Shown: positions 46,578 through 55,442, counted from the first letter of the stretch. The stretch is DNA of 64,000 bases from an uncultured bacterium (GCA_946560065.1 CAMNUE010000002.1:78950-142949); one strand, 5' to 3'. Program-made: numbers and translations. The notes: a model not told the origin generated them from the letters alone.

Positions 46578-48422
46578 TTATTCAGCAGAATCCTTTCCTT
46601 TGCGGTTTTTCGCAATAGCAATGCTGGATAATACGACACCTGCACCAAGCATGATGATTGTTGCGGAAGAACCTGTAATTGGAAGTTTTGTTCCAACTTG
46701 ATTCACAACTGTAATATTGACTGTTCCAGTTTCAACATCTGTTTCTAAATCCGATGTTCCTTCACTAAATGCACCATTCAAGAATTCCTTCATGTGAGCG
46801 GTTGCTGTTAATGTTTTCAATGTACTATCGGTTGCTCCATCACCTGCGATGTAACCATCACGATCAGTTGTGAATGTCGGAGTAATAGTAATTTCAATCG
46901 GGTCTAAAAGTTCACGGTATCCGTCTGGAGAATCCGTCTCTTTCAGCCAGTAAGTCCCCTGATCGAGACCAAAGATTTTAAATACGCCATCTGCGTTTGA
47001 TACCATCTCAACAGCATTACCAGGTACCGAACCACCTGTATGATCGTCACCACCTAAAGAATCACGGTTAATAACAATGTATCCATCTGTGGATTCCTTT
47101 AAATAAACTTCATTTTTGCAATCGGCATCAGAATACAAACGGAATTTTGCACCTTCCAATGTTTTATTGTGGTTATTGATCTTCAAAGCATCAATTTTGT
47201 ATGTAAAGCATACTACTGTATCCCATGGTGTGAATCCTGTATCTCCTGTGCCATCACTATCAGGATCGTTAGAGAATTCCAAACGAACCGTATTTTCAAA
47301 TCCAGGACGACCAGTTTGAGATGCAGCTTTATCATTCAATGTTGCCGTGTAGTTTAACTGAACAGCTTGTCCATACTGATTCTGATTGTCATTATCCAAT
47401 CCTTCTGGGAACTCACGATCCACGATTGCTTTCAAGTCAGCAATTGTTACTTGGAACGTATTTCCATTAACGTTCTGCTGAACAAGGAATTCATTGGATT
47501 GGAGTGTATACGTTTTATTCAATCCTGAAATTGTGATTTGTACTGAATCTGGATTGAACGTCAACGCTTCGTTCATTTTATCATGGAATGCAAAGTAGTA
47601 ATTATGGTAGCCATTCATGTTCGGAACAGACGTGTTATACTTATATGGTACAGTCTGTCCGATTTCATAATCGGCAATATCATTCCACCCTACGTTGTTA
47701 TCATCTTCATCAATCTTTTTCGTTACCTGCGGATAATCGGATTTGATGTTGACGGTGGCAGTCGGATTGGCTGTATTTACCATGCAAAGTGAAGCGGCAC
47801 TATGTCCTTGATTGTTTGGAACATTCACCTCGTCAACAATATAGTACCCATAATCAAGTCCACCAATTGTAATTCCGCCTTGTGCATTCGTTTGTGTAAC
47901 CGTTACCAACGATCCCCCTAAGTTTTGATTAACGATTTCATCACGAAGTTCTTCAACGAAATAACGGAAGTCAGAGTATCGTCCTTCCAATTCTTGATTG
48001 GCATTTGCTCCTTCCACTTTATGTGTATTGAGTGTTTGAATGTAATCAATCACATCATACTCGGTTACTGATGTAGGTATCTTATTTAATTTTGCACCTA
48101 CTACCGTTTGAAGTGCTGATTTATAGCGAGTATTCCAAGTATAATTGATTGACTCTCCGTCCTTCGCATTCTCAGCGTTAAAGAGTTTATATACTTCAAA
48201 CTTTTTGCCAACCATTGATTGACCCGTATTGCCGTTGATCGTGATCGAGGCGGTGCCGCCACCCAAGTTTGCATTTCCATTTGGTGTATTGGAAGTCGCA
48301 TTGAGTTCAGCGGCATACACTGTTGTCATGAGCGGTGAAAGTTGACTTGTCATTCCGCCAATAACAGATGCGAGTGCCAATGAAGACACTGCACATAGTT
48401 TAAAAAAGTTCTTTTTCCTCAT
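46578..48422 (-). CDS. LPXTG major pilin-like protein
   Basis: Signal peptide. C-terminal LPITG + TM + KNRKGK. YPQVTKK pilin-like motif. Confidence 0.75.
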   Translation of the reverse strand: MRKKNFFKLCAVSSLALASVIGGMTSQLSPLMTTVYAAELNATSNTPNGNANLGGGTASITINGNTGQSMVGKKFEVYKLFNAENAKDGESINYTWNTRYKSALQTVVGAKLNKIPTSVTEYDVIDYIQTLNTHKVEGANANQELEGRYSDFRYFVEELRDEIVNQNLGGSLVTVTQTNAQGGITIGGLDYGYYIVDEVNVPNNQGHSAASLCMVNTANPTATVNIKSDYPQVTKKIDEDDNNVGWNDIADYEIGQTVPYKYNTSVPNMNGYHNYYFAFHDKMNEALTFNPDSVQITISGLNKTYTLQSNEFLVQQNVNGNTFQVTIADLKAIVDREFPEGLDNDNQNQYGQAVQLNYTATLNDKAASQTGRPGFENTVRLEFSNDPDSDGTGDTGFTPWDTVVCFTYKIDALKINNHNKTLEGAKFRLYSDADCKNEVYLKESTDGYIVINRDSLGGDDHTGGSVPGNAVEMVSNADGVFKIFGLDQGTYWLKETDSPDGYRELLDPIEITITPTFTTDRDGYIAGDGATDSTLKTLTATAHMKEFLNGAFSEGTSDLETDVETGTVNITVVNQVGTKLPITGSSATIIMLGAGVVLSSIAIAKNRKGKDSAE

Positions 48423-48441
48423 TTTTCATTTCCTTTCTATT

Positions 48442-51264
48442 TTAAATCTTTTTCTTTTTTCCTAAAACAAACCATAAAATCATAGCAATCACACCTACAC
48501 CAATCAAAGCAATCGTTCCATTGCTTCCTGTTTCTGGGAGCTGTGCTGTTGTATAGTTCACAACAGTAATTGATACAACTTTCTTTCCATTCTGATCTTC
48601 AAGATGCACATTTCCGTTTGTGTTCGCTGTTGTGTATTTCTTGCCATCCACATAGAAGTCAAATTGCTTCTTGGCTGGGATTGCTTCAGCACGCAGTTCA
48701 TAAACGTGAACCTTACCATTTTCAAGTGGAATTCTGTATCCTTGTGGGGCTTTTGTTTCCTTGAAATAGTAAGTTGTACGATCTTTCAGATCTTGGAACT
48801 CTAAAATTCCAGACTCATTTGTCGTTAATTTATCAACTACCTTCGTACATTCTTTATCAGAATAAAGAGTAAATTCTGCTCCTGGAAGTTTCTTATCATT
48901 CTCATTGATCTTGATAAGTTTCATATTGAAATCCGATACTGTATCGCTGACTTCTAATGTAGAAGTCGTTCCAGTCGTATTTCCAGCGTTGAATGTCATA
49001 TTCTTTCCGTTCAAGTCAGTTGCAGATTTGATACCATTCTGATCGACTGTAAATACGAACTCATTCGGGTTCACCTTATAGCCTGTCATAACGGATTTTT
49101 CTTTCAATTTATGCTGACCTGTAGAAAGCCCAGTAAACTTGATTTGTCCATTTGCGTCTGTCTTTACATCCTCTGTTTTTCCGTTCGGGAAAGTATGCGT
49201 AAATACCGTTCCTTCAATAGGCGTTTTCGTACCAATCTGAACTTTTGTCAAAACAAATTCATTGACTTGTTCTGGTACTTTAGGCTGATTGTATGTATTC
49301 ACACTTTCTACGGTTCCAGATGATGTAATCTTTCTTACGAACACCTCGTTATTGATGTAATAACCTTGTGGAGCTTTCGTCTCCTGAATTGTAACCGTTC
49401 CGATTGGAAGCACAACAATGCCTTTGCTATCTTTATAGAAATCATCTCCCGATACTTTATATTGATCGGATAAATAAGTAAATCCATCTTTATCCGTTCT
49501 AAGAACCCAGCTTCTTGTTGGACTTCCATTGGTATTTGGATTTTCACCAGCAAAGAATTTGACTGTAAATTCAGCACCTTCAAGAGTGGCACTTCCTGAT
49601 GGCTTATTTTGATTTGTTTTTTTATCAACTTTTCCAAGCAGGATACCTACAGGGTCAGATTGTGGAAGATCTACTAATTCTCCATTGCTACCATAAGTGG
49701 TTGTTTCTCCTGGTTTGATAACAATCGTATGTACCTTAGTATCAAGTGCATAACCTTTTGGAGCCTTGAGTTCTTTCAAATAATAAGTTCCAGCTTTGAT
49801 ACCATCCTTATCAGCCCAACCTCGAGAATCTGTCTTGAATGTCTCAACTTGATTTGTACATCCTTTATCTGTAAACAGCCCGTATTCTGCACCTTCTAAA
49901 GAATAGCAGTTATTTCCATTCGTTAAATTCGTATTTGCAGATCGTTTTCTAAGATGCAAGTTTCCTTTTGGCTCCATTGCACCATATACAAGTGGCTGTT
50001 TAGCAACCGTATGTCCTTGCCAGTTGGTACCACTTCCAGGCACATTTACCATATATACTACATACCCATATTGAGCAGGATCTGGCATAGATGTTATTTC
50101 GTTGTAAAGTGGTCCGATCCAACCACGCCAATGATATCCATTAACAGCTGAAATAGCGACAGAATTTCCAGTATATGCTACAGATGCAAAGTCATCAGTT
50201 GCAACGATTTGTTGTTCCGTTGTATACCCTTTGCCCGCCAAAATATTTCCAGGACCATCGTAACCATAGTAAAGAGCCTTTCGTAGATTTGCATTATCTA
50301 CAATAAAAGGCTGACTGGTTGAATCTCCGACCTTTGGCTCAGCAGCCATACCATTTGCACAGAAAGCAAGTCGATTGTTTGATAAACGCCAAAGTCCATT
50401 CATCAATGAACCTACACCCCATGACGGATTGAAATTGGCTGAATCAATTACGGACAGACTACGTGGCATAATCAAATTTTTTGCATTCTTTAACGTTGCT
50501 TCCGCTTCTGCACGATATTCTTTTTTGTTATTGCGATCAAGAACAAAAGTGCGGTCAAACATTAATGTCTGTACTGAGAATTTATCATAGTAAGAATCAT
50601 TCAAGAAATAATCTTCATCGACATACTTATCAAGTCCAGTTTTTTCAGCCACTTCTTTTCGAATATCAAGATATGCATCTGTTTTTCCATCTGCATAATC
50701 TTCCAAAATCTTTTTGTCTTCATCAGAAAGAGTGTTGTCATCAAAATTGATCTTGATACCATTTGCTTCTAAAAGATTACTTGAATCCTTGACCTCGTTC
50801 TTTTCCTCTGGAACAGCTGGTTCTTTTGGTTCTTCATTTTCTTCCTCCACAGCTGGTTTTTCAAATTCCTTCGTTTCTGCTTTTTTCTCGCTAAAAGTAA
50901 CAATGATTTCCGAAGATACGCCTGGCATCGTATAATCAAATTCCAATTTTTGATTTCCATACTCATAATTTTGAGTCACACCATCAATCGAAACATCTGA
51001 TACGATCTGTTTTTGTCCATCACATTTTAGCTCTAATTTTGTGCCTTCTTTGAATTTATCTTCAAATGGAGAGGATTCAAGTGCAAATTGTGATTTTCCG
51101 CCATCAACATCGGTAATCATTACATTTCCTTCACCAACTACGTTTACTTTTAATGATGGAATATCTTCATTTGCTAAAACTGGTGTTGTTGAAGTCGGAA
51201 AGATTGATCCAAGCATCATCATACAAGTAAACAATAGTGATGGAAAACGTCTAAAGTTTCTCAT
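48442..51264 (-). CDS. LPXTG tip-adhesin-like protein with repeated SpaA/CnaB-type domains
   Basis: Trimmed to ATG 51264 (AAGGAG RBS). LPETG + TM + GKKKKI. Four modules of the type GAEF.L..D..C.....T...G...F..L....YY.KE.KAPQGY. Confidence 0.75.
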   Translation of the reverse strand: MRNFRRFPSLLFTCMMMLGSIFPTSTTPVLANEDIPSLKVNVVGEGNVMITDVDGGKSQFALESSPFEDKFKEGTKLELKCDGQKQIVSDVSIDGVTQNYEYGNQKLEFDYTMPGVSSEIIVTFSEKKAETKEFEKPAVEEENEEPKEPAVPEEKNEVKDSSNLLEANGIKINFDDNTLSDEDKKILEDYADGKTDAYLDIRKEVAEKTGLDKYVDEDYFLNDSYYDKFSVQTLMFDRTFVLDRNNKKEYRAEAEATLKNAKNLIMPRSLSVIDSANFNPSWGVGSLMNGLWRLSNNRLAFCANGMAAEPKVGDSTSQPFIVDNANLRKALYYGYDGPGNILAGKGYTTEQQIVATDDFASVAYTGNSVAISAVNGYHWRGWIGPLYNEITSMPDPAQYGYVVYMVNVPGSGTNWQGHTVAKQPLVYGAMEPKGNLHLRKRSANTNLTNGNNCYSLEGAEYGLFTDKGCTNQVETFKTDSRGWADKDGIKAGTYYLKELKAPKGYALDTKVHTIVIKPGETTTYGSNGELVDLPQSDPVGILLGKVDKKTNQNKPSGSATLEGAEFTVKFFAGENPNTNGSPTRSWVLRTDKDGFTYLSDQYKVSGDDFYKDSKGIVVLPIGTVTIQETKAPQGYYINNEVFVRKITSSGTVESVNTYNQPKVPEQVNEFVLTKVQIGTKTPIEGTVFTHTFPNGKTEDVKTDANGQIKFTGLSTGQHKLKEKSVMTGYKVNPNEFVFTVDQNGIKSATDLNGKNMTFNAGNTTGTTSTLEVSDTVSDFNMKLIKINENDKKLPGAEFTLYSDKECTKVVDKLTTNESGILEFQDLKDRTTYYFKETKAPQGYRIPLENGKVHVYELRAEAIPAKKQFDFYVDGKKYTTANTNGNVHLEDQNGKKVVSITVVNYTTAQLPETGSNGTIALIGVGVIAMILWFVLGKKKKI

Positions 51265-51543
51265 AAAATCTCCTTTCTTTATAAAAAAAGCGAGCATTCG
51301 CTCTATTTTCATTTTACTGTAATTTTTGGCGGTTTCAACCGCCGTCGTTTAATTTTTTGTATAATCATACAAATTCCCTTCCTTTCTATTGTTGAGACAA
51401 AAAAAGTGATGAACATATCATCACTTTTCTGCCTCAGAGTGTATATTACTGGGCTTACATGCTTGATTTGGGCTTTCAAGCAATGCCAGTAAAACACAAA
51501 AAAAGAGGATTTCTCCTCTTTCGTATATTTATTTCATAATACC

Positions 51544-51571
51544 ATTTTAGCATGTTTTCGTGTGAAGTCAA
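51544..51571 (-). promoter_or_regulatory. sigma-A-type promoter (conserved pair, copy 1)
   Basis: TTGACT-N16-TGcTAAAAT, preceded by GATTGCAC. About 80% identical over 41 nt to 56781-56816. Confidence 0.6.
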
Positions 51572-51579
51572 TGTGCAAT

Positions 51580-52467
51580 CTATTTTTTTGCTCCACAAGA
51601 GCAAGTATAACCAATCAAGACTTCCTCGTCATAGGCTTCCTCATCAATAACATATCGAGTTCCATATTCTGCGGGGTGTTCAATTGCTTCAGTTCCAGTT
51701 TTGATTTGATTCCATTGACTATGGTATCCACCATTTTCACCAACTAACATATGGTTCTTTATATGCTCACCAATACCACTTTGACCTAAATCGGTAATAT
51801 CAGCACCACAAGCATTGCAAATCTCTCTTTCGACCATTTCATAAATTGGAATACTTTCTGTCCATGCTTCTTTAATCACATACTGTTCGTTATGTCCTTT
51901 TTCTTCATGATGAACAGTTTCATATTCCGCTACCCAATCATGAATATGTGGCACTTCAATAGGCTCATCTTGTACATCTTTTAAACCATACCATCCGATT
52001 CCTTCTGCTCTCCAACCAATCGAAACAAGAAAATCATTTTCTTGTTTGTTTGTTGTATAGTTGTGGGTGCCTGTTTCTGCATTCGGATTATATTGACGAT
52101 ACAGCGGTACTCCTTGGTCTTCGTCTGAATACCACCCAATTCCTTCATAATTCCATCCAATAGATGCCAAATAATTTTTTTCATTTGCATCCAAAGTATA
52201 GTGATGATCGCCAGAATTTGGATTGTATAAGCGATATACTGGAATGTCTGATAACTTTGGCGCTATCCACCCAATTCCTTCATAATTCCATCCGATAGAT
52301 GCCAAATGATTCTTTTCATTTGTATCCCCAGTATAGAAGTGTTCTCCAGAATGTGGATTATACAATCGGTGCATTTCAATCGAATCTACTTCTGCTTTCA
52401 CAGGTGTAGTTCCTAACAAACAACAAATTAACATAATCAGCAAAACCAATGATGTATTCTTTCTCAT
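51580..52467 (-). CDS. secreted protein: three YRLYNP..GDH.YT..E...L...GW.YEGIGW repeats plus a Cys/His-rich C-terminal domain
   Basis: Signal peptide. Repeats HRLYNPHSGEHFYTGDTNEKNHLASIGWNYEGIGW x3. The C-terminal ~125 aa are shared with 52495..53583. Confidence 0.65.
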   Translation of the reverse strand: MRKNTSLVLLIMLICCLLGTTPVKAEVDSIEMHRLYNPHSGEHFYTGDTNEKNHLASIGWNYEGIGWIAPKLSDIPVYRLYNPNSGDHHYTLDANEKNYLASIGWNYEGIGWYSDEDQGVPLYRQYNPNAETGTHNYTTNKQENDFLVSIGWRAEGIGWYGLKDVQDEPIEVPHIHDWVAEYETVHHEEKGHNEQYVIKEAWTESIPIYEMVEREICNACGADITDLGQSGIGEHIKNHMLVGENGGYHSQWNQIKTGTEAIEHPAEYGTRYVIDEEAYDEEVLIGYTCSCGAKK

Positions 52468-52494
52468 AGTTTTTTCCTTTTCTTTTTTTATTCT

Positions 52495-53583
52495 TTATTT
52501 TGTTGCTCCACACGAACACTTATAGCCAGCAGGTACTTGTTCATCATAAGCCGCTTGATCGACTACATATCGGGTTCCATATTCCGCTGGATGATTGACA
52601 ATATTTGTACCTGTTTGGACTTGATTCCATTGACTATGGTATCCGCCATTTTCCCCAGCTAACATATGGTTCTTTATGTGCTCGCCAATACCACCTTGAC
52701 CTAGATCAGTAATATCAGCACCACAAGCATTACAAATTTCTCTTTCGACCATTTCATAAATCGGAACACTCTCCGTCCATGCTTCTTTAATCACATATTG
52801 TTCATTATGTCCTTTTTCAGGATGATGAACAGTCGTATATTGTTGCACCCAGTTATGAGTATGACTTGGTGTACTTGGTTTTTGAGAACCTTGATTGCTG
52901 TTCCCACCTGTACTTGGTTTCGATGTGCTGCCTCCAGTGCTTGGCTTCGATCCAGTATTACTTCCTGTATTGTTTCCAGAACCGCTATTAGAACCTGTAC
53001 TATTATTATTTCCAGATGCAACGCTTCCATTTCCGTTACCTGATTCAGAATCTTCACTACCAGAATTATCTGTAGTAGGTTTCTGTTCGTCATCTTTTGA
53101 TTCTTCCTCTTTCTTTTCGGAATCTTCCTGTTTTTTGTCTTCTTCTACAGTCTCATTCGTAATCACATCATGTCCATCTTTTTTCAATTCTTCGGCTCTT
53201 TCAGGAGATACAACTTCAATTTGTACCTCCTTTTCTACAGGATCCATTTTCGAATCGACTGGCACGATTGTATAAACGATTTCATACGTTCCTTCTTTTT
53301 CATAATTGATATTGGATGTATCTACTAAAACTTCTTTGACAACTTTCTTATCATAAGTGATTCCTTTTAGGAAGTCAGTTCCTTTTGTTTTCACTTCGAT
53401 ATACAGTTTATCCAGTTTTAGACCTTTTACGTCTTTAAGCAAATCCACTTTTTCAGTTTCCACTGTCTTATCATCTTTGTTGGAATTGTTAGCCCAAATT
53501 ACAGTTCCAACACCAGCACCACCAATTAAAACAACACCTGCAATGATTAACGCAATCATCCTTTTTTTCTTTTTTTGTTCCAT
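52495..53583 (-). CDS. membrane-anchored protein: Ig-like domain, S/G/N-rich linker, same Cys/His-rich C-terminal domain
   Basis: Trimmed to ATG 53583. TM IALIIAGVVLIGGAGVGTVIW. C-terminal domain HTHNWVQQYTTVHHPEKGHNEQYVIKEAW...CNACGADIT...CSCGATK. Confidence 0.65.
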   Translation of the reverse strand: MEQKKKKRMIALIIAGVVLIGGAGVGTVIWANNSNKDDKTVETEKVDLLKDVKGLKLDKLYIEVKTKGTDFLKGITYDKKVVKEVLVDTSNINYEKEGTYEIVYTIVPVDSKMDPVEKEVQIEVVSPERAEELKKDGHDVITNETVEEDKKQEDSEKKEEESKDDEQKPTTDNSGSEDSESGNGNGSVASGNNNSTGSNSGSGNNTGSNTGSKPSTGGSTSKPSTGGNSNQGSQKPSTPSHTHNWVQQYTTVHHPEKGHNEQYVIKEAWTESVPIYEMVEREICNACGADITDLGQGGIGEHIKNHMLAGENGGYHSQWNQVQTGTNIVNHPAEYGTRYVVDQAAYDEQVPAGYKCSCGATK

Positions 53584-53647
53584 AAAAATATACACTCCTT
53601 CGTTAATCACATTATACTATAAAAATGCAAGTTTTTTACATTCATTT

Positions 53648-54055
53648 TTACATTTCATAATCTTCGTCAAGTTCTTGGCTTTCCTCTTGATTATATATTT
53701 CTCCATCTTCTTTTATCAGTTCCAACTCCTTAGAGTCATTCCCTTCATATTTTCTCAAATTGGAAAGCATCTCTTTTAAATCTGTAAGCATTTTTGTGTC
53801 TTCTGTTGTCACATCCTCGATACTGCCACCAAATTGATTATCTAGTTCGATATACTCGCCGAAATCAATCGTAGGATCATCTAAAAGTTCAATGTAATGT
53901 GTCCAACAATCAAAATCAATCATATCTGCTCTCATTAAATAGCAAGCATAAAGCTGTTCCTGGTATTTTTGGATATGTGGATCGTTTTCATCCACTATCT
54001 CAGATTTGTAGTATTCCATTGCTCTTTCAAAGTTATGCTTTAATATTTCGCTCAT
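53648..54055 (-). CDS. hypothetical highly acidic protein
   Basis: Trimmed to ATG 54055 (GGAGAGG 8 nt upstream). Ends ELDEDYEM. Confidence 0.6.
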   Translation of the reverse strand: MSEILKHNFERAMEYYKSEIVDENDPHIQKYQEQLYACYLMRADMIDFDCWTHYIELLDDPTIDFGEYIELDNQFGGSIEDVTTEDTKMLTDLKEMLSNLRKYEGNDSKELELIKEDGEIYNQEESQELDEDYEM

Positions 54056-54088
54056 AAATAACACCTCTCCATTCATTTTAAAGTAAAA

Positions 54089-54101
54089 GGAACTCAATTC
54101 C
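54089..54101. repeat. GGAACTNAGTTCC palindrome, copy 8 (variant GGAACTCAATTCC)
   Basis: 33 nt before ATG 54055. Confidence 0.7.
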
Positions 54102-54225
54102 TTTTATAAAATATTCTGGTTCACAAAGCTCTGAACCAAGTATTCTCTACCCTTTGGAGTGATAGAATACAAAGAATCATTTTTACTTTCTTTTTGAACC
54201 AAATTAAATCCTTTATGCTTTTAAA

Positions 54226-55209
54226 TTAAGCATATTCAAGTTCTTCTTCTCTTTCCATAATTTCTTGTCGTGCTTGCTCTGGATCTTCGGCAAACAGTAC
54301 ATAAAATTCACCATAAAAGGTCGCTACAGTATCACAATCCCCCTTTCCTAGTTCATAATCATTGATTTCAATGAGTGTGTCAATATCTAAAATACCATAT
54401 CGATCATGTATCAACTCTACATCGTGAATCAACTGATTATAGTCCTTCATTGTATATGTACCATCTTCAAATTCTGCGGGTTCCAAAAACCATGTATAAT
54501 TATCGCTTGCATCTGCGGTTTGGTACATATCTTTCATGATTTTTCCAAATTTATTTATATCTAATTTTTTGTTTCTTTGATTTTGTGCGGTTCTTCTCAC
54601 AGCTTCCATTCTATCCTGCGATAATATTTCTAAATATTCCTGATTCGTTGTTCCCTGTGCAAGCGTCATTTTCTCCTGGAATGATAAAGTATTTATAGAT
54701 AAGCCATCATTCATTTTTTCAATTGTCTTTTCAAAGATCCATTCCTTACACTTTCTTTCTAACTTTTTAAAGTCACAAAAATATCGTCCAATTTTTGCTT
54801 TATTTCTTAGGACATTTGAGTAAACAGAATGAGCTTTTATTTGAATGGCTTCACTATGTTCATTACAAAAATTAAGTTCTTTGCTCATCAAAATGCGATA
54901 ATCTTGATCTTCTTCTTTCCATATCTGTTTTAATCCGATTTCTGAATCTGGAACAGGAAACATAAAGGAAAAACGAAGACTCCCTACAGGAATCCCACCA
55001 ACACGAATAACATAGTTGCTTGAAACATCTCTATTGAAAGAAGAAACTGGCACATAATACTTCATCCCATTTATTTTAAAAATGACTCCACACAAGAATT
55101 TTTGGTGAGAGTCATATACAATATTCGGCACTTTTGGATCAAACTTTTTTAAGTAATCTATGTAATCAATATTAACATCATAAAAACCAATTCTATTATT
55201 TCTCTTCAT
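54226..55209 (-). CDS. ToxN/AbiQ-family (type III toxin) domain fused to a ~155-aa C-terminal domain
   Basis: Trimmed to ATG 55209 (AAAGGA RBS). RIGFYDVNIDYIDYLKKFDPKVPN...GVIFKINGMKYYVPVSSF...LRFSFMFPVP...FCDFKKLERKCKEW. Ends EREEELEYA. Confidence 0.7.
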   Translation of the reverse strand: MKRNNRIGFYDVNIDYIDYLKKFDPKVPNIVYDSHQKFLCGVIFKINGMKYYVPVSSFNRDVSSNYVIRVGGIPVGSLRFSFMFPVPDSEIGLKQIWKEEDQDYRILMSKELNFCNEHSEAIQIKAHSVYSNVLRNKAKIGRYFCDFKKLERKCKEWIFEKTIEKMNDGLSINTLSFQEKMTLAQGTTNQEYLEILSQDRMEAVRRTAQNQRNKKLDINKFGKIMKDMYQTADASDNYTWFLEPAEFEDGTYTMKDYNQLIHDVELIHDRYGILDIDTLIEINDYELGKGDCDTVATFYGEFYVLFAEDPEQARQEIMEREEELEYA

Positions 55210-55230
55210 AAATAAAATCCTTTCATACAC

Positions 55231-55260
55231 AAAAAGAGCCATACATTTCTGTATGACCCT
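55231..55260 (-). terminator. terminator/attenuator hairpin 22 nt before the ToxN-like start
   Basis: GGGUCAUACA-GAAA-UGUAUGGCUC followed by UUUUUG. Confidence 0.65.
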
Positions 55261-55436
55261 ATGTTTTTTTGCTTTGCAATTCCATCACCGCTTTTAGACG
55301 AGCAGGCACCGTCATTTTGTCAGAATTTTGATGGACAAGGAACGCTAACCTTACATTACAACTCCCATTTTCATGTTTGTACATGTCTGACTCGGCTGAG
55401 AAACACCAGACAATTTAGCGGAGAACAACTGTCCGC
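55261..55436 (-). ncRNA. candidate ~175-nt structured leader/sRNA upstream of the ToxN-like gene
   Basis: Bounded by the promoter at 55443-55471 and the terminator at 55231-55260. GC-richer than its flanks; local stems GCGGA/UCCGC and GUCUG/CAGAC. No tandem repeats and no convincing ORF. Confidence 0.45.
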
Positions 55437-55442
55437 ATTCAT

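Noticed and set aside
50150-50420. Thioester (TQXA-type) adhesin domain in the N-terminal part of the tip adhesin (LAFCANGMAAEP ... TTEQQIVATDD).
   Set aside because: There is only a loose resemblance to the Cys and TQxA motifs. The spacing and the exact Gln context cannot be judged without a profile or structure comparison.
51309-51497. 62-codon minus-strand ORF upstream of the tip-adhesin gene.
   Set aside because: It reads straight through two terminator hairpins and has no RBS at its start. Only the internal 19-codon mini-ORF (51368..51309) has a plausible RBS, and that is discussed as a leader peptide.
13359-52190. Minus-strand ORFs nested out of frame inside larger genes: 13359..13556, 14374..14562, 31692..31892, 36378..36563, 37872..38075, 39363..39554, 44297..44482, 48101..48316, 49335..49637, 50769..50966, 51981..52190, 52791..53093 and 4052..4249.
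   Set aside because: Each lies entirely within a longer ORF that carries clear family motifs, and none has its own RBS.
55261-55436. ToxI/antiQ-like tandem repeats expected upstream of a ToxN/AbiQ-family gene.
   Set aside because: Reading the ~175 nt on both strands I found no periodic repetition of 30-45 nt. Only a trivial CAAAAT(G) recurrence is present. The region is reported as an unexplained structured leader instead.
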